64,000 nucleotides of DNA from Promethearchaeota archaeon (GCA_016839555.1 JAEOUA010000001.1:96001-160000), one strand, 5' to 3'; positions 1-10,596 are shown, numbered from the stretch's first letter. Numbers and translations are program-made. The notes: a model not told the origin generated them from the letters alone.

Positions 1-546
1 TTTTTGGGTTTCTAACCATTTATCAATTGATCTCTTTATTTGTATTTCCTCTTCTGAATTAAGTACATAGGTAACCTCTACCTCCTCATAATCTTCAATC
101 TTTTCAACATACTCCTCATCCCCATATAAAGGTTTTATAAGGAGACTTAGATTGATAATTAAAGGTTCAAGTTTCAATCTTCCAAGGGATTCCGTTAAAA
201 CATTCAGCACGATATCTTGCTGGGAGATTTTAGAATAAGTTATATATTCTTGAATAAAACGCATTATAATATTTTTAATTAGCAATTCTTCAAAATCTGC
301 TAAGGATTTTACTTCAAACTCTAAGGTTTTTTTAAGAGTGATAAACACGGATTTCATAAATAGAGGGATTTCCTTAAAAATAACAAAATGTTGGATAAAT
401 TGGTACGTGTAATCCAATAAGTTTAGTTTAAACCCTTCGGTATAGTCTCTCTCTTCAAGAATTGCTTCGAGTTCCGTATGATCCTCTGGGATAGATAAAA
501 ATTGCTTTATTTTGTTACAGCTTTCTTGAATATAAGTTGAAACCAT
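1..546 (-). CDS. Hypothetical protein, 3'-truncated by window edge
   Basis: Not in the ORF track. Open frame from ATG at 546 to the window edge, MVSTYIQESCNKIKQFLSIPEDHTELEAILEERDY... (182 codons, no stop). No recognisable motif. Confidence 0.75.
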   Translation of the reverse strand, partial: MVSTYIQESCNKIKQFLSIPEDHTELEAILEERDYTEGFKLNLLDYTYQFIQHFVIFKEIPLFMKSVFITLKKTLEFEVKSLADFEELLIKNIIMRFIQEYITYSKISQQDIVLNVLTESLGRLKLEPLIINLSLLIKPLYGDEEYVEKIEDYEEVEVTYVLNSEEEIQIKRSIDKWLETQK

Positions 547-624
547 TCTCAATAAATAAAATAATATAAATTCTTTTTAAATTTTTCTTTTCAATAGGAG
601 TTTATTTATTTGTATTTCTAATTT

Positions 625-759
625 TTATAGTATTTTAAAGCTCTGTTTTGAAAAAAGTGCTGGAGTTAATGCTTTTGAACCATTTAATTTGGATAATATT
701 AATAGCTACGCTGCTTTAATCGATGAAATTGGTACCAAATCAAATGCAGATAAATTCAA
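625..759 (-). pseudogene. C-terminal remnant of a DUF362-family paralog
   Basis: Translates LNLSAFDLVPISSIKAA*LLILSKLNGSKALTPALF..., matching the C-terminus of the adjacent ORF (TVFDLVPIPQEK...HGSTALTPL). In-frame TAG at 706-708; no N-terminal part. Confidence 0.65.
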
Positions 760-838
760 TAGTTAATTTCAAATCCATCATTAAGATTTAATTTAAATAT
801 AAAGCAATCGAAATCAATTTAATCAATGCTTTCTATTA

Positions 839-2170
839 TTATAATGGCGTTAATGCTGTAGAACCGTGCTTTTGAGCCGCATCAATGATTTCCATTATTT
901 TTTCTTGTGGAATTGGAACTAAGTCAAATACAGTCATACCTGATAATTTCAATTCTGCTTTTACTGTTTCAGCTAGATTATTGCAATCACCAGAGAAATG
1001 TACTTTCCTCTTACCGAATTCTTTCTTGAGTTTCTCGCCAACTTCATCTATAGCACAATAGCCTGCTACTAAGCCTTTAGTATATCCTTCTTCTTTTAAT
1101 TGTTCTATAAGATTATTATTGTGACCTTTTCCCATTATAATGAACCATTTCTCAGGCTTAAATTTCTCAGGATAATCATAAGCTAACATTTGCAAAGTTG
1201 CTAACGGATTATTTTGACACCCTTCTCTACATAATAATTTCGTGCCTTTCACAATTTTAACATTTTCAGGAAATTCTTGGAGTAAGTCCCACTCGTATTT
1301 TTCTTTGTAGTCCTCTAAATTTTTTCCGATAACATTGATCTTGCTTAAATCACCTTCGCCTAATCCTCTCTCGTATGCTATTTTTAAATGAGGTATCTCG
1401 TCAATTGTTAACCCAAATACTCTTGCCCCTACTACATCGACGGCTAAAGTGTCCCTTCCTCCGATTAAAATATTAAATTGCTTAACAAGGCGATCTTCAA
1501 ACGCAGTTGGTGGGTAATGCCCATGAATGGTACCCTCTGTTCCGTCAATAATAGTTATGTCTGGCTGGATATACTCATATACATCAACCAGCTTTGAATG
1601 TAAATTATAGTTATGATCTTTGCCCCGGTCTTCGTGTTGGGGAAATCCCCATTGATTCTTTATACCAAGCGTTACTCCTGCCATTGAATGAGTTTTCAGT
1701 TTCGGTAAATTTATATAGGTGATAGAATCCCTATTATTGATGATTTTTACGATCGTTGCTGGCAACCTGAAAGTCTTTAAATTGTATCCTTTTGCATCTT
1801 CTTTAACGCTTTTTTTGCCCTTGAATTCAAAGGTTTCTGTATCATTTTCATCCAGATATATGATTTTTGCGCCTTTTTTTTCACACACTTCTCTATATCC
1901 TGTCATCTCGAAAACAATTCGAGTCATATTTCCTTGAGTCGAATTTTCCATTACAATAACTTTCGCACCAATTCCTTGTAGATATTCTATTACCTTCTCT
2001 AATACTTCGGGAGAAGTATAACAATGTTTCCTGAAATCTATGCCATTAACTTTAATATAAACTTCCTTTGAGCTTTTTAAAATGGGTTCGGATTTTTCAA
2101 GATTTGAAAAAATTTCTTTAACAGCCGATTTTAACCCTTTTTTCGTATCAGAAATGTATACATCTGTCAT
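839..2170 (-). CDS. DUF362-domain putative Fe-S protein
   Basis: INLPKLKTH-x3-VTLGIKN-x2-G and D-x2-AVD-x2-GA motifs typical of DUF362; C-terminal Cys cluster (LCREGC, GYC, GDC). Confidence 0.8.
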   Translation of the reverse strand: MTDVYISDTKKGLKSAVKEIFSNLEKSEPILKSSKEVYIKVNGIDFRKHCYTSPEVLEKVIEYLQGIGAKVIVMENSTQGNMTRIVFEMTGYREVCEKKGAKIIYLDENDTETFEFKGKKSVKEDAKGYNLKTFRLPATIVKIINNRDSITYINLPKLKTHSMAGVTLGIKNQWGFPQHEDRGKDHNYNLHSKLVDVYEYIQPDITIIDGTEGTIHGHYPPTAFEDRLVKQFNILIGGRDTLAVDVVGARVFGLTIDEIPHLKIAYERGLGEGDLSKINVIGKNLEDYKEKYEWDLLQEFPENVKIVKGTKLLCREGCQNNPLATLQMLAYDYPEKFKPEKWFIIMGKGHNNNLIEQLKEEGYTKGLVAGYCAIDEVGEKLKKEFGKRKVHFSGDCNNLAETVKAELKLSGMTVFDLVPIPQEKIMEIIDAAQKHGSTALTPL

Positions 2171-2294
2171 TATTTATTCATTTCCTATCATTTTATAATT
2201 AATATTAATTAGGGATGAAATAATATAAGATTTTTGATATAATTATGATAAAGAACAATAGAAATCACAAGAGAATCTTATTTATCTATAACGA

Positions 2295-2367
2295 ATATCG
2301 AAAAGGGTAAAACTTATATTATATAATAGAAATATTATTATTTTCGATATATTTTTATTCGATATAT
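2295..2367 (+). promoter_or_regulatory. Putative PadR operator/promoter (TTCGATAT repeats flanking a TATA-like box)
   Basis: ATATCGAAAA (2295-2304) is the inverted copy of TTTTCGATAT (2341-2350). TTCGATATAT is repeated directly at 2343 and 2358. A purine-rich BRE-like run and CTTATATT lie between the inverted copies. Confidence 0.45.
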
Positions 2368-2434
2368 ACCTATCAAATTATAGAAAAATTGAAATTTATA
2401 TCAATTGAATTGAATTATTGCTTATTTTAAGCTT

Positions 2435-3016
2435 ATGACTCAGAGACTCAACAAAACAGCAGAAAAATTGGGAGAACAGATGAAAAAAGGGTTTATTAGT
2501 CATCTAATCCTCCTTGTTTTAAATAATAAACCTTTCCATGGCTATAAAATTATTCAAGAAATCGATAATCGCACTTTGGGGATGTGGAATCCCTCTACTT
2601 CTACTATTTATCATATATTGGAATTATTAGAAAAGAAAGAATTGATAGAATGCATTGAGAAGCAATCCGAAGGGAGACAAAAAAAGGTTTATGCGATTAC
2701 GGAAAAAGGAAGAAGTGCTTTAAAATTGCTAATTAATATATATAAAAATATGCAAGAAACGATGAAACGGATGATTCTTTCAAGTATTAGCCTAACTGAA
2801 GAAATAGATGAAAAAAAAGTTGAATACTTTTTACCACATGATCTTCATTTATTAAATATCAAGGAACTGGGTCCTCTGGATGATCAATTGCGTTCGTTAA
2901 AAATGAAAAAAATAATGATCACAGAACGCTTAAAACAGCTTAAGAGAGCAATAAGGCAAATTGATATTGAAATTGATCGGTTATCGATTAAATTAAAGAA
3001 TCAGGAGAATAAATAA
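2435..3016 (+). CDS. PadR-family transcriptional regulator
   Basis: HGYKIIQEI...PSTSTIYHIL..LEKKELI...KKVYAITEKG winged-HTH signature; C-terminal coiled coil. Confidence 0.9.
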   Translation: MTQRLNKTAEKLGEQMKKGFISHLILLVLNNKPFHGYKIIQEIDNRTLGMWNPSTSTIYHILELLEKKELIECIEKQSEGRQKKVYAITEKGRSALKLLINIYKNMQETMKRMILSSISLTEEIDEKKVEYFLPHDLHLLNIKELGPLDDQLRSLKMKKIMITERLKQLKRAIRQIDIEIDRLSIKLKNQENK

Positions 3017-3019
3017 AAA

Positions 3020-4354
3020 ATGACTGAAAATATTATTGAAGTTAACAATTTAACTAAAATCTATGATGAAGGAGACGTACTCGCAGTTGATGATATAAGT
3101 TTGAATCTCAAAAAAGGAGAGATTTTTGCACTGTTAGGTCCCAATGGTGCCGGAAAAACAACCACTATTTCTATGCTTGCAACATTATTAAAGCCAACAA
3201 AAGGAACAGCTATAGTGAATTCTTATAATATTGAAGAGGAACCTGATAAGGTCAGAAAAAGTATCGGTGTTGTTTTTCAAGAACCTTCTCTTGACGGCGA
3301 CATGAAAGGGTGGGAGAATTTAGAACTTCATGCTATTTTGTATGGGATGTCTAAAAGTGAAAGAAGACAAAAAATAAAAGAAGTGTTAAAACTTGTTGAT
3401 TTGGATGATAAGGCGGAAATGTATGCAAAGAATTATTCTGGTGGAATGAAACGTCGATTAGAGATTGCAAGGGGATTAATTCACAATCCTCAAGTCTTAT
3501 TTTTAGATGAACCCACCTTAGGGTTAGATCCACAAACCAGGCGTAAAATCTGGGAAAAAATCAAGGAACTGAATGAAAGGCTTAATATGACGATCTTAAT
3601 TACGACCCATTATATGGAGGAAGCTGATGTGCTTGCCGATAGAATATGTATTATGGATCATGGCAAAATTATTGCCTTGGATACTTCGGAGAATTTGAAA
3701 CATAAATTATCGGGAGATATCATAGAGATTGCTTTAGATGAAATTAAAGATTTTTCCATCATCCATCGGATGATTTCAGAATTGAAAAAAATTACTGGGA
3801 TAAAAGATGTGAAATTTGGGGCTAAAGGCGAAGGAGGTATGGAAGACTTTGACTTTAAAATGCCTCAAGGCATGAAAGGTGTTAACCCTCAAATGATACA
3901 GCTAAGAATGCAAGAAATAATGTCTGATCCTAAAAAATTTGTAAGAGCTACTAAGAAATTTCCTATGGCTAATAATTTCTTTTCGAGAGCACCACTTCAT
4001 GCTAAAGAGCGCATTGCGAATCTTTTTAAAGACAATACGGAATTATTAAACGAATTACCTAAGAATATGAAAGAAACGATTTTAAAAATACACTCAGGTG
4101 AATATAAAGAAGAACAGAAAATGGGAGAACCTCTTTTGACAATTTCATGTGAAAATGGAGGGGAACAGCTCCCTGAGATTATTCAAAAAACTATTGCTTT
4201 TAATAATATAAAAATTAAATCAGTAGAGATGCATAATCCCACTTTAGAAGATGTTTTCTTGTTTTACACTGGTAGAGAAATTCGGGAGGAATCTTCCAAT
4301 AGAGTTAATGGAGTTAAAAAATTAATACAAATGAGACAGTTGAGGCGAGAATAG
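3020..4354 (+). CDS. ABC transporter ATP-binding protein (DrrA-like) with internal insertion
   Basis: Walker A GPNGAGKT, signature YSGGMKRR, Walker B LFLDEP, H-loop TTHYM, terminal PTLEDVFLFYTG. Confidence 0.93.
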   Translation: MTENIIEVNNLTKIYDEGDVLAVDDISLNLKKGEIFALLGPNGAGKTTTISMLATLLKPTKGTAIVNSYNIEEEPDKVRKSIGVVFQEPSLDGDMKGWENLELHAILYGMSKSERRQKIKEVLKLVDLDDKAEMYAKNYSGGMKRRLEIARGLIHNPQVLFLDEPTLGLDPQTRRKIWEKIKELNERLNMTILITTHYMEEADVLADRICIMDHGKIIALDTSENLKHKLSGDIIEIALDEIKDFSIIHRMISELKKITGIKDVKFGAKGEGGMEDFDFKMPQGMKGVNPQMIQLRMQEIMSDPKKFVRATKKFPMANNFFSRAPLHAKERIANLFKDNTELLNELPKNMKETILKIHSGEYKEEQKMGEPLLTISCENGGEQLPEIIQKTIAFNNIKIKSVEMHNPTLEDVFLFYTGREIREESSNRVNGVKKLIQMRQLRRE

Positions 4355-5166
4355 TGAGTAGAACAGTAAGTAGTTTTGTAAAAATTGAAGGAAAAATGAG
4401 ATGGGAAGCCATTTGGATATTATCTAAACGAGAATTATTAGCGTTTGCAAGAAATAAAACTAGAATTATTACATCCATCGCTCAAGGACTATTATTCTTA
4501 TTTATATTTAGTGGGGGCTTTTTTTCATTGGATATTGAAATAGAAGGAGTGTCAATAACTCCAACAGCCTTTGTTGCAACTGGAATAATAGCGATGGCAA
4601 TCTTATTTAGCGGAGTGTTCGGTGGATTAGGAATTATTCGAGATCGGATGTTTGGGTTTATGCGAGAACTTCTTGTGTCGCCTATAAGTCGGAGAACTCT
4701 GATGACGGGTAAAACTCTAGGTGTAGCTTTACAAAGCTTGGTACAATGTTTAGTAATGGCTGTTATTAGTATCTCAATGGGATTTTTTGGGTATGATCTC
4801 AGTTTAATTTGGAGAACACTTCTCTTAATGCCTGTCGCATTACTCTTTAGTATGGGAGTTGTAGGTATTGGATTAACCATCAGCACTCGCTTAACAGATT
4901 TTCAGAGCTTTGGTCTAATTCAAACTTTTTTAATTATGCCTATGTTCTGGCTCTCAGGTGCGCTGTTTGCGTTTAATAATGTTCCAACAGTTATGCAGGT
5001 ACTAATGATGATAAATCCCATTTCTTATGGAGTTGATATCTTTAGATTTATAATTTTGGGAGTTTCATTCTTTCCGTTCTGGTTGGATTTATTAGTTCTT
5101 GTACTATTTGGTGCTATATTAATAGTAATCGGAGCCAAAAGTTTTTCAAAAATGGAGATTTCATAA
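4354..5166 (+). CDS. ABC-2 type exporter permease
   Basis: About six hydrophobic helices, RELLVSPISR and LSGALF...INPISYGVD motifs; its start overlaps the ATPase stop codon. Confidence 0.9.
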   Translation: MSRTVSSFVKIEGKMRWEAIWILSKRELLAFARNKTRIITSIAQGLLFLFIFSGGFFSLDIEIEGVSITPTAFVATGIIAMAILFSGVFGGLGIIRDRMFGFMRELLVSPISRRTLMTGKTLGVALQSLVQCLVMAVISISMGFFGYDLSLIWRTLLLMPVALLFSMGVVGIGLTISTRLTDFQSFGLIQTFLIMPMFWLSGALFAFNNVPTVMQVLMMINPISYGVDIFRFIILGVSFFPFWLDLLVLVLFGAILIVIGAKSFSKMEIS

Positions 5167-5396
5167 GCTAACTTTAAGAATAAGTTAAAACTTTTTTTCA
5201 TTTTCTTTATTTTGATAGCTCTTATCTTTATATAAATTTTTGAATTTTTTATTCTATTATAATATCATATAAGCCGAAATTAGTATATACCTTAGTACTA
5301 TGTTATATGAATAAATTATGTGAATCTATTTCATTTTCTGGCTTTCAGATGAAGATTTTGAATTAATTTATTTAAATTCATTTATTTATATTATTA

Positions 5397-7364
5397 ATGG
5401 ACTTAAGAAAGAATAGACCGATAATAATAGATTTTGAGCCAATATCTCGAAGAATTACTCTCACATCTCTGAAAAAGACATTATATGAAATATTGACAGA
5501 TCTTAATATTAAAATTAGATCCGAATGTGGGGGTAAAGGAACGTGCGGAAATTGTAGGATTAAGATACAAGAGGGTCAAAAATTTTTTCAAGCTCCCACA
5601 TCTGCTGAAGAAACTTTATTAAATGAGAAGCAACTCAGAGATGGATGGCGTTTAGCCTGTCAAACAACTATAAATAACGCAATGGAAGAAAAACTTCTTC
5701 AGAACACCCCTCCTCAAATCAAAATATTTCTTCCTGAAGATACTTTAGTTGAGGATTTTAAAATTCTTACCTCTGGCGCAGCAAAAGAGGTAGAACTAAA
5801 TCCCTCAGTAAAGAAAGTTTTTTTAAAGGTAAAAAAGCCAACATTAGAAAAGCCTGTTCCTGATGTAGAGAGGCTGATGGAGGAACTTTTCCAGATTAGA
5901 AACGATTTAACTTATCCAATCCAGATTGAATATGATTTATTAAAAGAATTACCTCATTTATTAAGGACAAATAATTCTGAAATAACTTTAACTATTTGGA
6001 ACGACGAAAAGATCATAGATTTAGAGCCCAATAATAAGGTTTCAAATAATTTTGGAATTGCGTTTGATATAGGGACAACCACAATAGTTGGGTATTTGAT
6101 TAATTTAAATAATCATAAAATCTATTCTGTCCATTCGAAATTAAACCCTCAAACGGCCTATGGAGAAGATCTTATCACTAGAATCACGTATATAAAAACC
6201 CATAAAGATGGTCTTCAAAAACTTCAGAATTTAGTCTTAGAGGCTCTAAATGAAATAATTAAGAAAACATGTGATGAGTCGAAAATTGATTCTTCTCAAT
6301 TATATGAAGCAACTATTGTGGGCAATTCTGTAATGCATCATATTTTTTTAGGATTAGACCCTGTGAATATTGGGTTAAGTCCTTATGTACCTATTGTCCA
6401 ACAAGGATTAAATATAGAGTCTAGAAATGTGAATTTAGATATTGCTAAGCATGGAAATATTTATACTCTTCCTTTAATCGCGGGATTTGTTGGTGCAGAC
6501 ACGATGGGTGTTATTCTCTCTTCTGAAATTTATAAAGAAGATAAATTATCATTGGCAATTGATATAGGCACTAATGGAGAAATTATTGTGGGCAATAAGG
6601 AATTATTAATTACAGGGAGTTGTGCGGCAGGTTCTGCTTTAGAAGGCGCTCATATAAAATATGGAATGAGAGCTGCTGGAGGCTCAATTGATTCTGTAAA
6701 AATTAATAAAAAAACTTTAAAACCAACTTATACTACAATTAAAAGAAAAAAGCCAATTGGTATATGTGGTTCAGGATTAATAGATGCTGTTGCTGAAATG
6801 TTGAGAGTAAAAATCTTAACCAGGAGTGGAAATTTCAATAAAGACCTTCTAGACCATGAAAGAATCATCATAAAAGATAAAAATAAAGAATTCATTCTTG
6901 CGTTTGAAGATGAAACTTTTTTAGATACTCCAATCACTCTATCTCTTGATGATATACGTCAGATTCAAATGGCTAAAGCTGCTTTTTATTCTGGAATGCG
7001 TATAATTCTTGATCATCTCAAAACTTCATTTGATAGAGATTTTGATATTGAGCAAATATTTTTAGCCGGTGCGTTTGGAAATTATATCGATAAAGAAAAT
7101 GCACGCTTCATAGGAATGATTCCAGATATTAAATCTGAAAAAATTTATCAAATTGGAAATGCTGCTGGGATTGGAGCACAATATTGTTTACTTAATAAAG
7201 AATTTAGAAAAAAAGCGAAAGATCTTTTACGGGATATTCAATATGTGGAAATTGCGGTCAAAAAGAGATTTCATAGAGAATATGCTGAAGCACTATATTT
7301 CCCCCATATGAATCTTGATTTCTTTCCAAGCTTAAAAATTTATAAAGAAATACCTAAACGGTAG
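5397..7364 (+). CDS. ASKHA-type reductive activator of corrinoid proteins (RACo/DUF4445) with N-terminal [2Fe-2S] domain
   Basis: CGGKGTCGNC...RLACQ ferredoxin motif; DIGTTT, GFVGAD, DIGTNGE, GICGSG, LAGAFG and GNAAG motifs. Confidence 0.9.
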   Translation: MDLRKNRPIIIDFEPISRRITLTSLKKTLYEILTDLNIKIRSECGGKGTCGNCRIKIQEGQKFFQAPTSAEETLLNEKQLRDGWRLACQTTINNAMEEKLLQNTPPQIKIFLPEDTLVEDFKILTSGAAKEVELNPSVKKVFLKVKKPTLEKPVPDVERLMEELFQIRNDLTYPIQIEYDLLKELPHLLRTNNSEITLTIWNDEKIIDLEPNNKVSNNFGIAFDIGTTTIVGYLINLNNHKIYSVHSKLNPQTAYGEDLITRITYIKTHKDGLQKLQNLVLEALNEIIKKTCDESKIDSSQLYEATIVGNSVMHHIFLGLDPVNIGLSPYVPIVQQGLNIESRNVNLDIAKHGNIYTLPLIAGFVGADTMGVILSSEIYKEDKLSLAIDIGTNGEIIVGNKELLITGSCAAGSALEGAHIKYGMRAAGGSIDSVKINKKTLKPTYTTIKRKKPIGICGSGLIDAVAEMLRVKILTRSGNFNKDLLDHERIIIKDKNKEFILAFEDETFLDTPITLSLDDIRQIQMAKAAFYSGMRIILDHLKTSFDRDFDIEQIFLAGAFGNYIDKENARFIGMIPDIKSEKIYQIGNAAGIGAQYCLLNKEFRKKAKDLLRDIQYVEIAVKKRFHREYAEALYFPHMNLDFFPSLKIYKEIPKR

Positions 7365-7433
7365 GTAAATAAAAAATTAATATATTTTTATCAATATTAG
7401 TATGAAAGTAAAATTTAGATTTAATAAAGTTCT

Positions 7434-8210
7434 ATGCCGTCCCTAAAATTTAATAATAAAACAATTTATTATTTAATTAATAGACCAACCAATTTCAAAA
7501 AAGATGATAAAGCAGTTATTTTTATTCATGGATCGGGGGAGCATTCATTTATTTGGCAGCAACAAATTGAGGAAATAGATTTTAATATCCCATTAATCGC
7601 TTTAGATCTACCCTCACATGGAAAATCATCCAAATTTGAGCAGCTCTCTTTAGATTTATATGTAGAATCAATTAAAGAATTACAAAAGGAATTAAATATA
7701 GAAAAAGTAATTCTATGTGGGCATTCCTTAGGTGGTGCGATTGCTCAAACCTATTATTTTAAATACCCAGAAGATGTCATTGGTTTAATTCTCATGTCAA
7801 CTGGAGCAAAACTTCGAGTATTAAATGAAATTTTAAATAATACTAAAAATAATTTTAACCAATATTTAAAACAAATACCAATAGGATCTTTTCATCGAAA
7901 AACTTTAAAAAAAGTCATCTCAGAATATGTAAAAGAAATAGCGAAAATTAACCCAATAGTAGTTCATAGAGACTTTCAAATATGTCATAATTTTAATGTA
8001 ATGGATAAACTAGATTCTATTGAAGTTCCTTGTCTCATTATAGTTGGAAAAGCTGATATATTAACTCCCGTTAAATATCATAAATATTTTAATAAACATA
8101 TCAGATATTCAGAATTGCATATTATTGAAAATGCGGGTCATTCTGTAATGATTGAAAAACCAGTTGAAGTTAATAAATTCATTGAGGAATTTCTCCAAAG
8201 GTTTGACTAG
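7434..8210 (+). CDS. Alpha/beta hydrolase
   Basis: FIHGSG oxyanion motif, GHSLGG nucleophile elbow, G-x2-D and AGH catalytic His. Confidence 0.9.
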   Translation: MPSLKFNNKTIYYLINRPTNFKKDDKAVIFIHGSGEHSFIWQQQIEEIDFNIPLIALDLPSHGKSSKFEQLSLDLYVESIKELQKELNIEKVILCGHSLGGAIAQTYYFKYPEDVIGLILMSTGAKLRVLNEILNNTKNNFNQYLKQIPIGSFHRKTLKKVISEYVKEIAKINPIVVHRDFQICHNFNVMDKLDSIEVPCLIIVGKADILTPVKYHKYFNKHIRYSELHIIENAGHSVMIEKPVEVNKFIEEFLQRFD

Positions 8211-8231
8211 AATGGAAAAGAAAACAAGAGA

Positions 8232-9035
8232 ATGATGAGAGAATATACTTATGGACCATTTCAATCAAGGAGATTAGGGCTCTCATTAGGTATAAATATT
8301 TTACCCGAACATGTTGTTTGTACATATAATTGTGTATATTGTGAAATCGGTCCAAAATCCAGGGATAGTTTAGTTTCTCCTGAACATAGAGTAAAATTGC
8401 CAGTAAAATCGCGTTTTAGAAAGGAATTAATCTCAGTTTCAAAATTTTTTCCACATCTTGATAGTATGAGTTTTTCTGGATACTTTGGTGAACCAACCTT
8501 AAATATGTATTTATTAGATTTCTTTAATATTGCGAAAGATGTAAGAAATAATAGAGAATGGAATGCGAAAAAGCCCAAATTGACCATTTTTACCAATTCC
8601 AGCACGTTATATAAAAAGAAGATACGAGATATTGTTGGAAGATTTGATTTAATCTTAGCAAAATTAGATGTAGCAAGCGATGAAGAGTTTATAAGAACAA
8701 ATCGTCCACATAAAGATGTTCCCTCAATTAGTGAAATAATTACTTCAATTCAAGAGCTAAGGAATGAAATGAATAGTAATAATAAATTAGCTATACAATG
8801 CTTAATCTATCAATCAAATAGAGAAAAGTTTGAATCAAATGATAATCCGAAAAATATAGAAAATTTAGCTAACGCAATAAAAAAAATAAAGCCTCATTAC
8901 GTTCAATTATATTCTATAGCTCGAATTCCGGCTGAATATTATGTGTTTGCTATAGATAATGCAAGAAAGCAGGAAATTATTAATAAATTTAAAGAAATTA
9001 TTAATGATAATTCGATCAAAATAGATTATTATTAA
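8232..9035 (+). CDS. Radical SAM protein
   Basis: YGP-x2-SRRLGLSLGIN followed by CTYNCVYC (CxxxCxxC) and GEPTL. Confidence 0.88.
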   Translation: MMREYTYGPFQSRRLGLSLGINILPEHVVCTYNCVYCEIGPKSRDSLVSPEHRVKLPVKSRFRKELISVSKFFPHLDSMSFSGYFGEPTLNMYLLDFFNIAKDVRNNREWNAKKPKLTIFTNSSTLYKKKIRDIVGRFDLILAKLDVASDEEFIRTNRPHKDVPSISEIITSIQELRNEMNSNNKLAIQCLIYQSNREKFESNDNPKNIENLANAIKKIKPHYVQLYSIARIPAEYYVFAIDNARKQEIINKFKEIINDNSIKIDYY

Positions 9036-9130
9036 TCATTAATTCTGAGTTTTAATAATTTTAATTTTATAAAAGCTACTATTTAAATTAACTTAAAATT
9101 GAAAATTCATATATAGCTGAAATTTATATC

Positions 9131-10147
9131 ATGATAGAAAAATATATAGCAGGTTCAGATGTAGGAGGGACGTGGATTCGAGTAGCACTTAGTCCTTTAA
9201 CCCTAGAAAAAGATTCCATTCAAATCAAACAGGTTAAAACTAAAAAAGAAAATAAATATTCTATTAGTTCGCAAATATGTCAAATATTATCTGAATTAAT
9301 AGATGAATCCAATATTAAAAGACACCAACTATTGGGGTTTGGTTTAGCATCTGCTGGACCGTTAGATCTTAAAAAAGGTACATCATTTAATAGTCCAAAC
9401 TTAGGTTTCAAAGAAGTACCCTTAAAAGAACCCATAGAAAAAGAATTTCCTGATATCCCCTTTTACTTAATAAATGATTGTAATGCTGCTGTATTGGGTA
9501 TTCATTATTTTGAAGCAACAGAAGAAGAAAAGGATAATTTAGTATATATTACGATGTCGACTGGAATTGGGGGAGGTGTAATTTGTAATGGATATTTGGT
9601 TTTGGGAAAGGATGGAAATGCCGCAGAAATTGGACATAGTAAAGTTGCCCCAAAAAGTAATTACAAATGTGGTTGTGGAGCATATGGCTGCTGGGAGTCA
9701 ATTAGCTCGGGCACCGCTGTTAGAAAACGAACATTAGATGCTTTAAAAAATTCCGAATCTAATGCGGAAATATTATTGGAATTAATTAATAATGATAAAT
9801 CAAAAATTGGAGCAAAAGAAGTTTTCGAAGCAGCGCGAAAAGGAGATATATTATCCCGTGAAATCATTGATGAATGTGTGTTTTATAATAAAGTAGGAGT
9901 TGGTTTGATAAATGATCATTTTGATTGTAAAGCCATCTATTTTGGAGGAGCAATGATGAATGACCAAGATCTCCTCTTTGTTCCGTTACAAAAACAATTC
10001 CAAACAGAATCCATCGAATTTACAATAAATAAACCTCCAGAATTGAAAATTACTCAATATAGGAGCGAGATTGGAATTATGGGCGCCTTGGCATTGGTGA
10101 AATATAAAGTAGAAAATAACTCGGTAGTGAGTACTTATAATTTTTAA
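9131..10147 (+). CDS. ROK-family sugar kinase (glucokinase-like)
   Basis: DVGGT, NDCNAA, STGIGGG, EIGH and CGCG-x2-GCWE motifs. Confidence 0.92.
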   Translation: MIEKYIAGSDVGGTWIRVALSPLTLEKDSIQIKQVKTKKENKYSISSQICQILSELIDESNIKRHQLLGFGLASAGPLDLKKGTSFNSPNLGFKEVPLKEPIEKEFPDIPFYLINDCNAAVLGIHYFEATEEEKDNLVYITMSTGIGGGVICNGYLVLGKDGNAAEIGHSKVAPKSNYKCGCGAYGCWESISSGTAVRKRTLDALKNSESNAEILLELINNDKSKIGAKEVFEAARKGDILSREIIDECVFYNKVGVGLINDHFDCKAIYFGGAMMNDQDLLFVPLQKQFQTESIEFTINKPPELKITQYRSEIGIMGALALVKYKVENNSVVSTYNF

Positions 10148-10353
10148 ATAAATGATTGTTTATTTCCACATCACTATTAATTATCGTAATTTACCTTAAA
10201 TAAAAACCTTTTAATTATTTAATTTAAAAAAATCTTAAAAAAATAATTTGTTACTTTTATAAGGAATATCACTATATTCTTTTTTGAGTAGATTTTAAAT
10301 TTTAATACCATAAAAATTTGATATTTAAGATATAATTATATAGTAGATCTGAT

Positions 10354-10596
10354 ATGACTGAGATTAAACTTAAAATACCAAAAAATTTGCTTAAAAAAAT
10401 GAAAAAACACCCGGAGATTAAATGGGAAACAATTGCTCAATCAGCTTTAGAACGTTATATTGAAAAAATTGAAATTACTGAGAATCTTACATCAAGTAGC
10501 AAATTGACTATAGATGATATTAATGAAATAAGTAACGAAATCACTAAAAGAAGTTGGCAACGACATAAAGAATATCTTGAAAAATTAAAACAATGA
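10354..10596 (+). CDS. Putative RHH-type antitoxin (VapB-like)
   Basis: Small protein with N-terminal strand-helix-helix pattern; ATGA overlap with the downstream PIN gene. Confidence 0.65.
   Translation: MTEIKLKIPKNLLKKMKKHPEIKWETIAQSALERYIEKIEITENLTSSSKLTIDDINEISNEITKRSWQRHKEYLEKLKQ

Noticed and set aside
8208-8234. Hydrolase TAG stop is in frame with the radical SAM start (7 codons apart), suggesting a read-through fusion
   Set aside because: One-in-three chance for adjacent genes; both proteins are complete and normal in length on their own.
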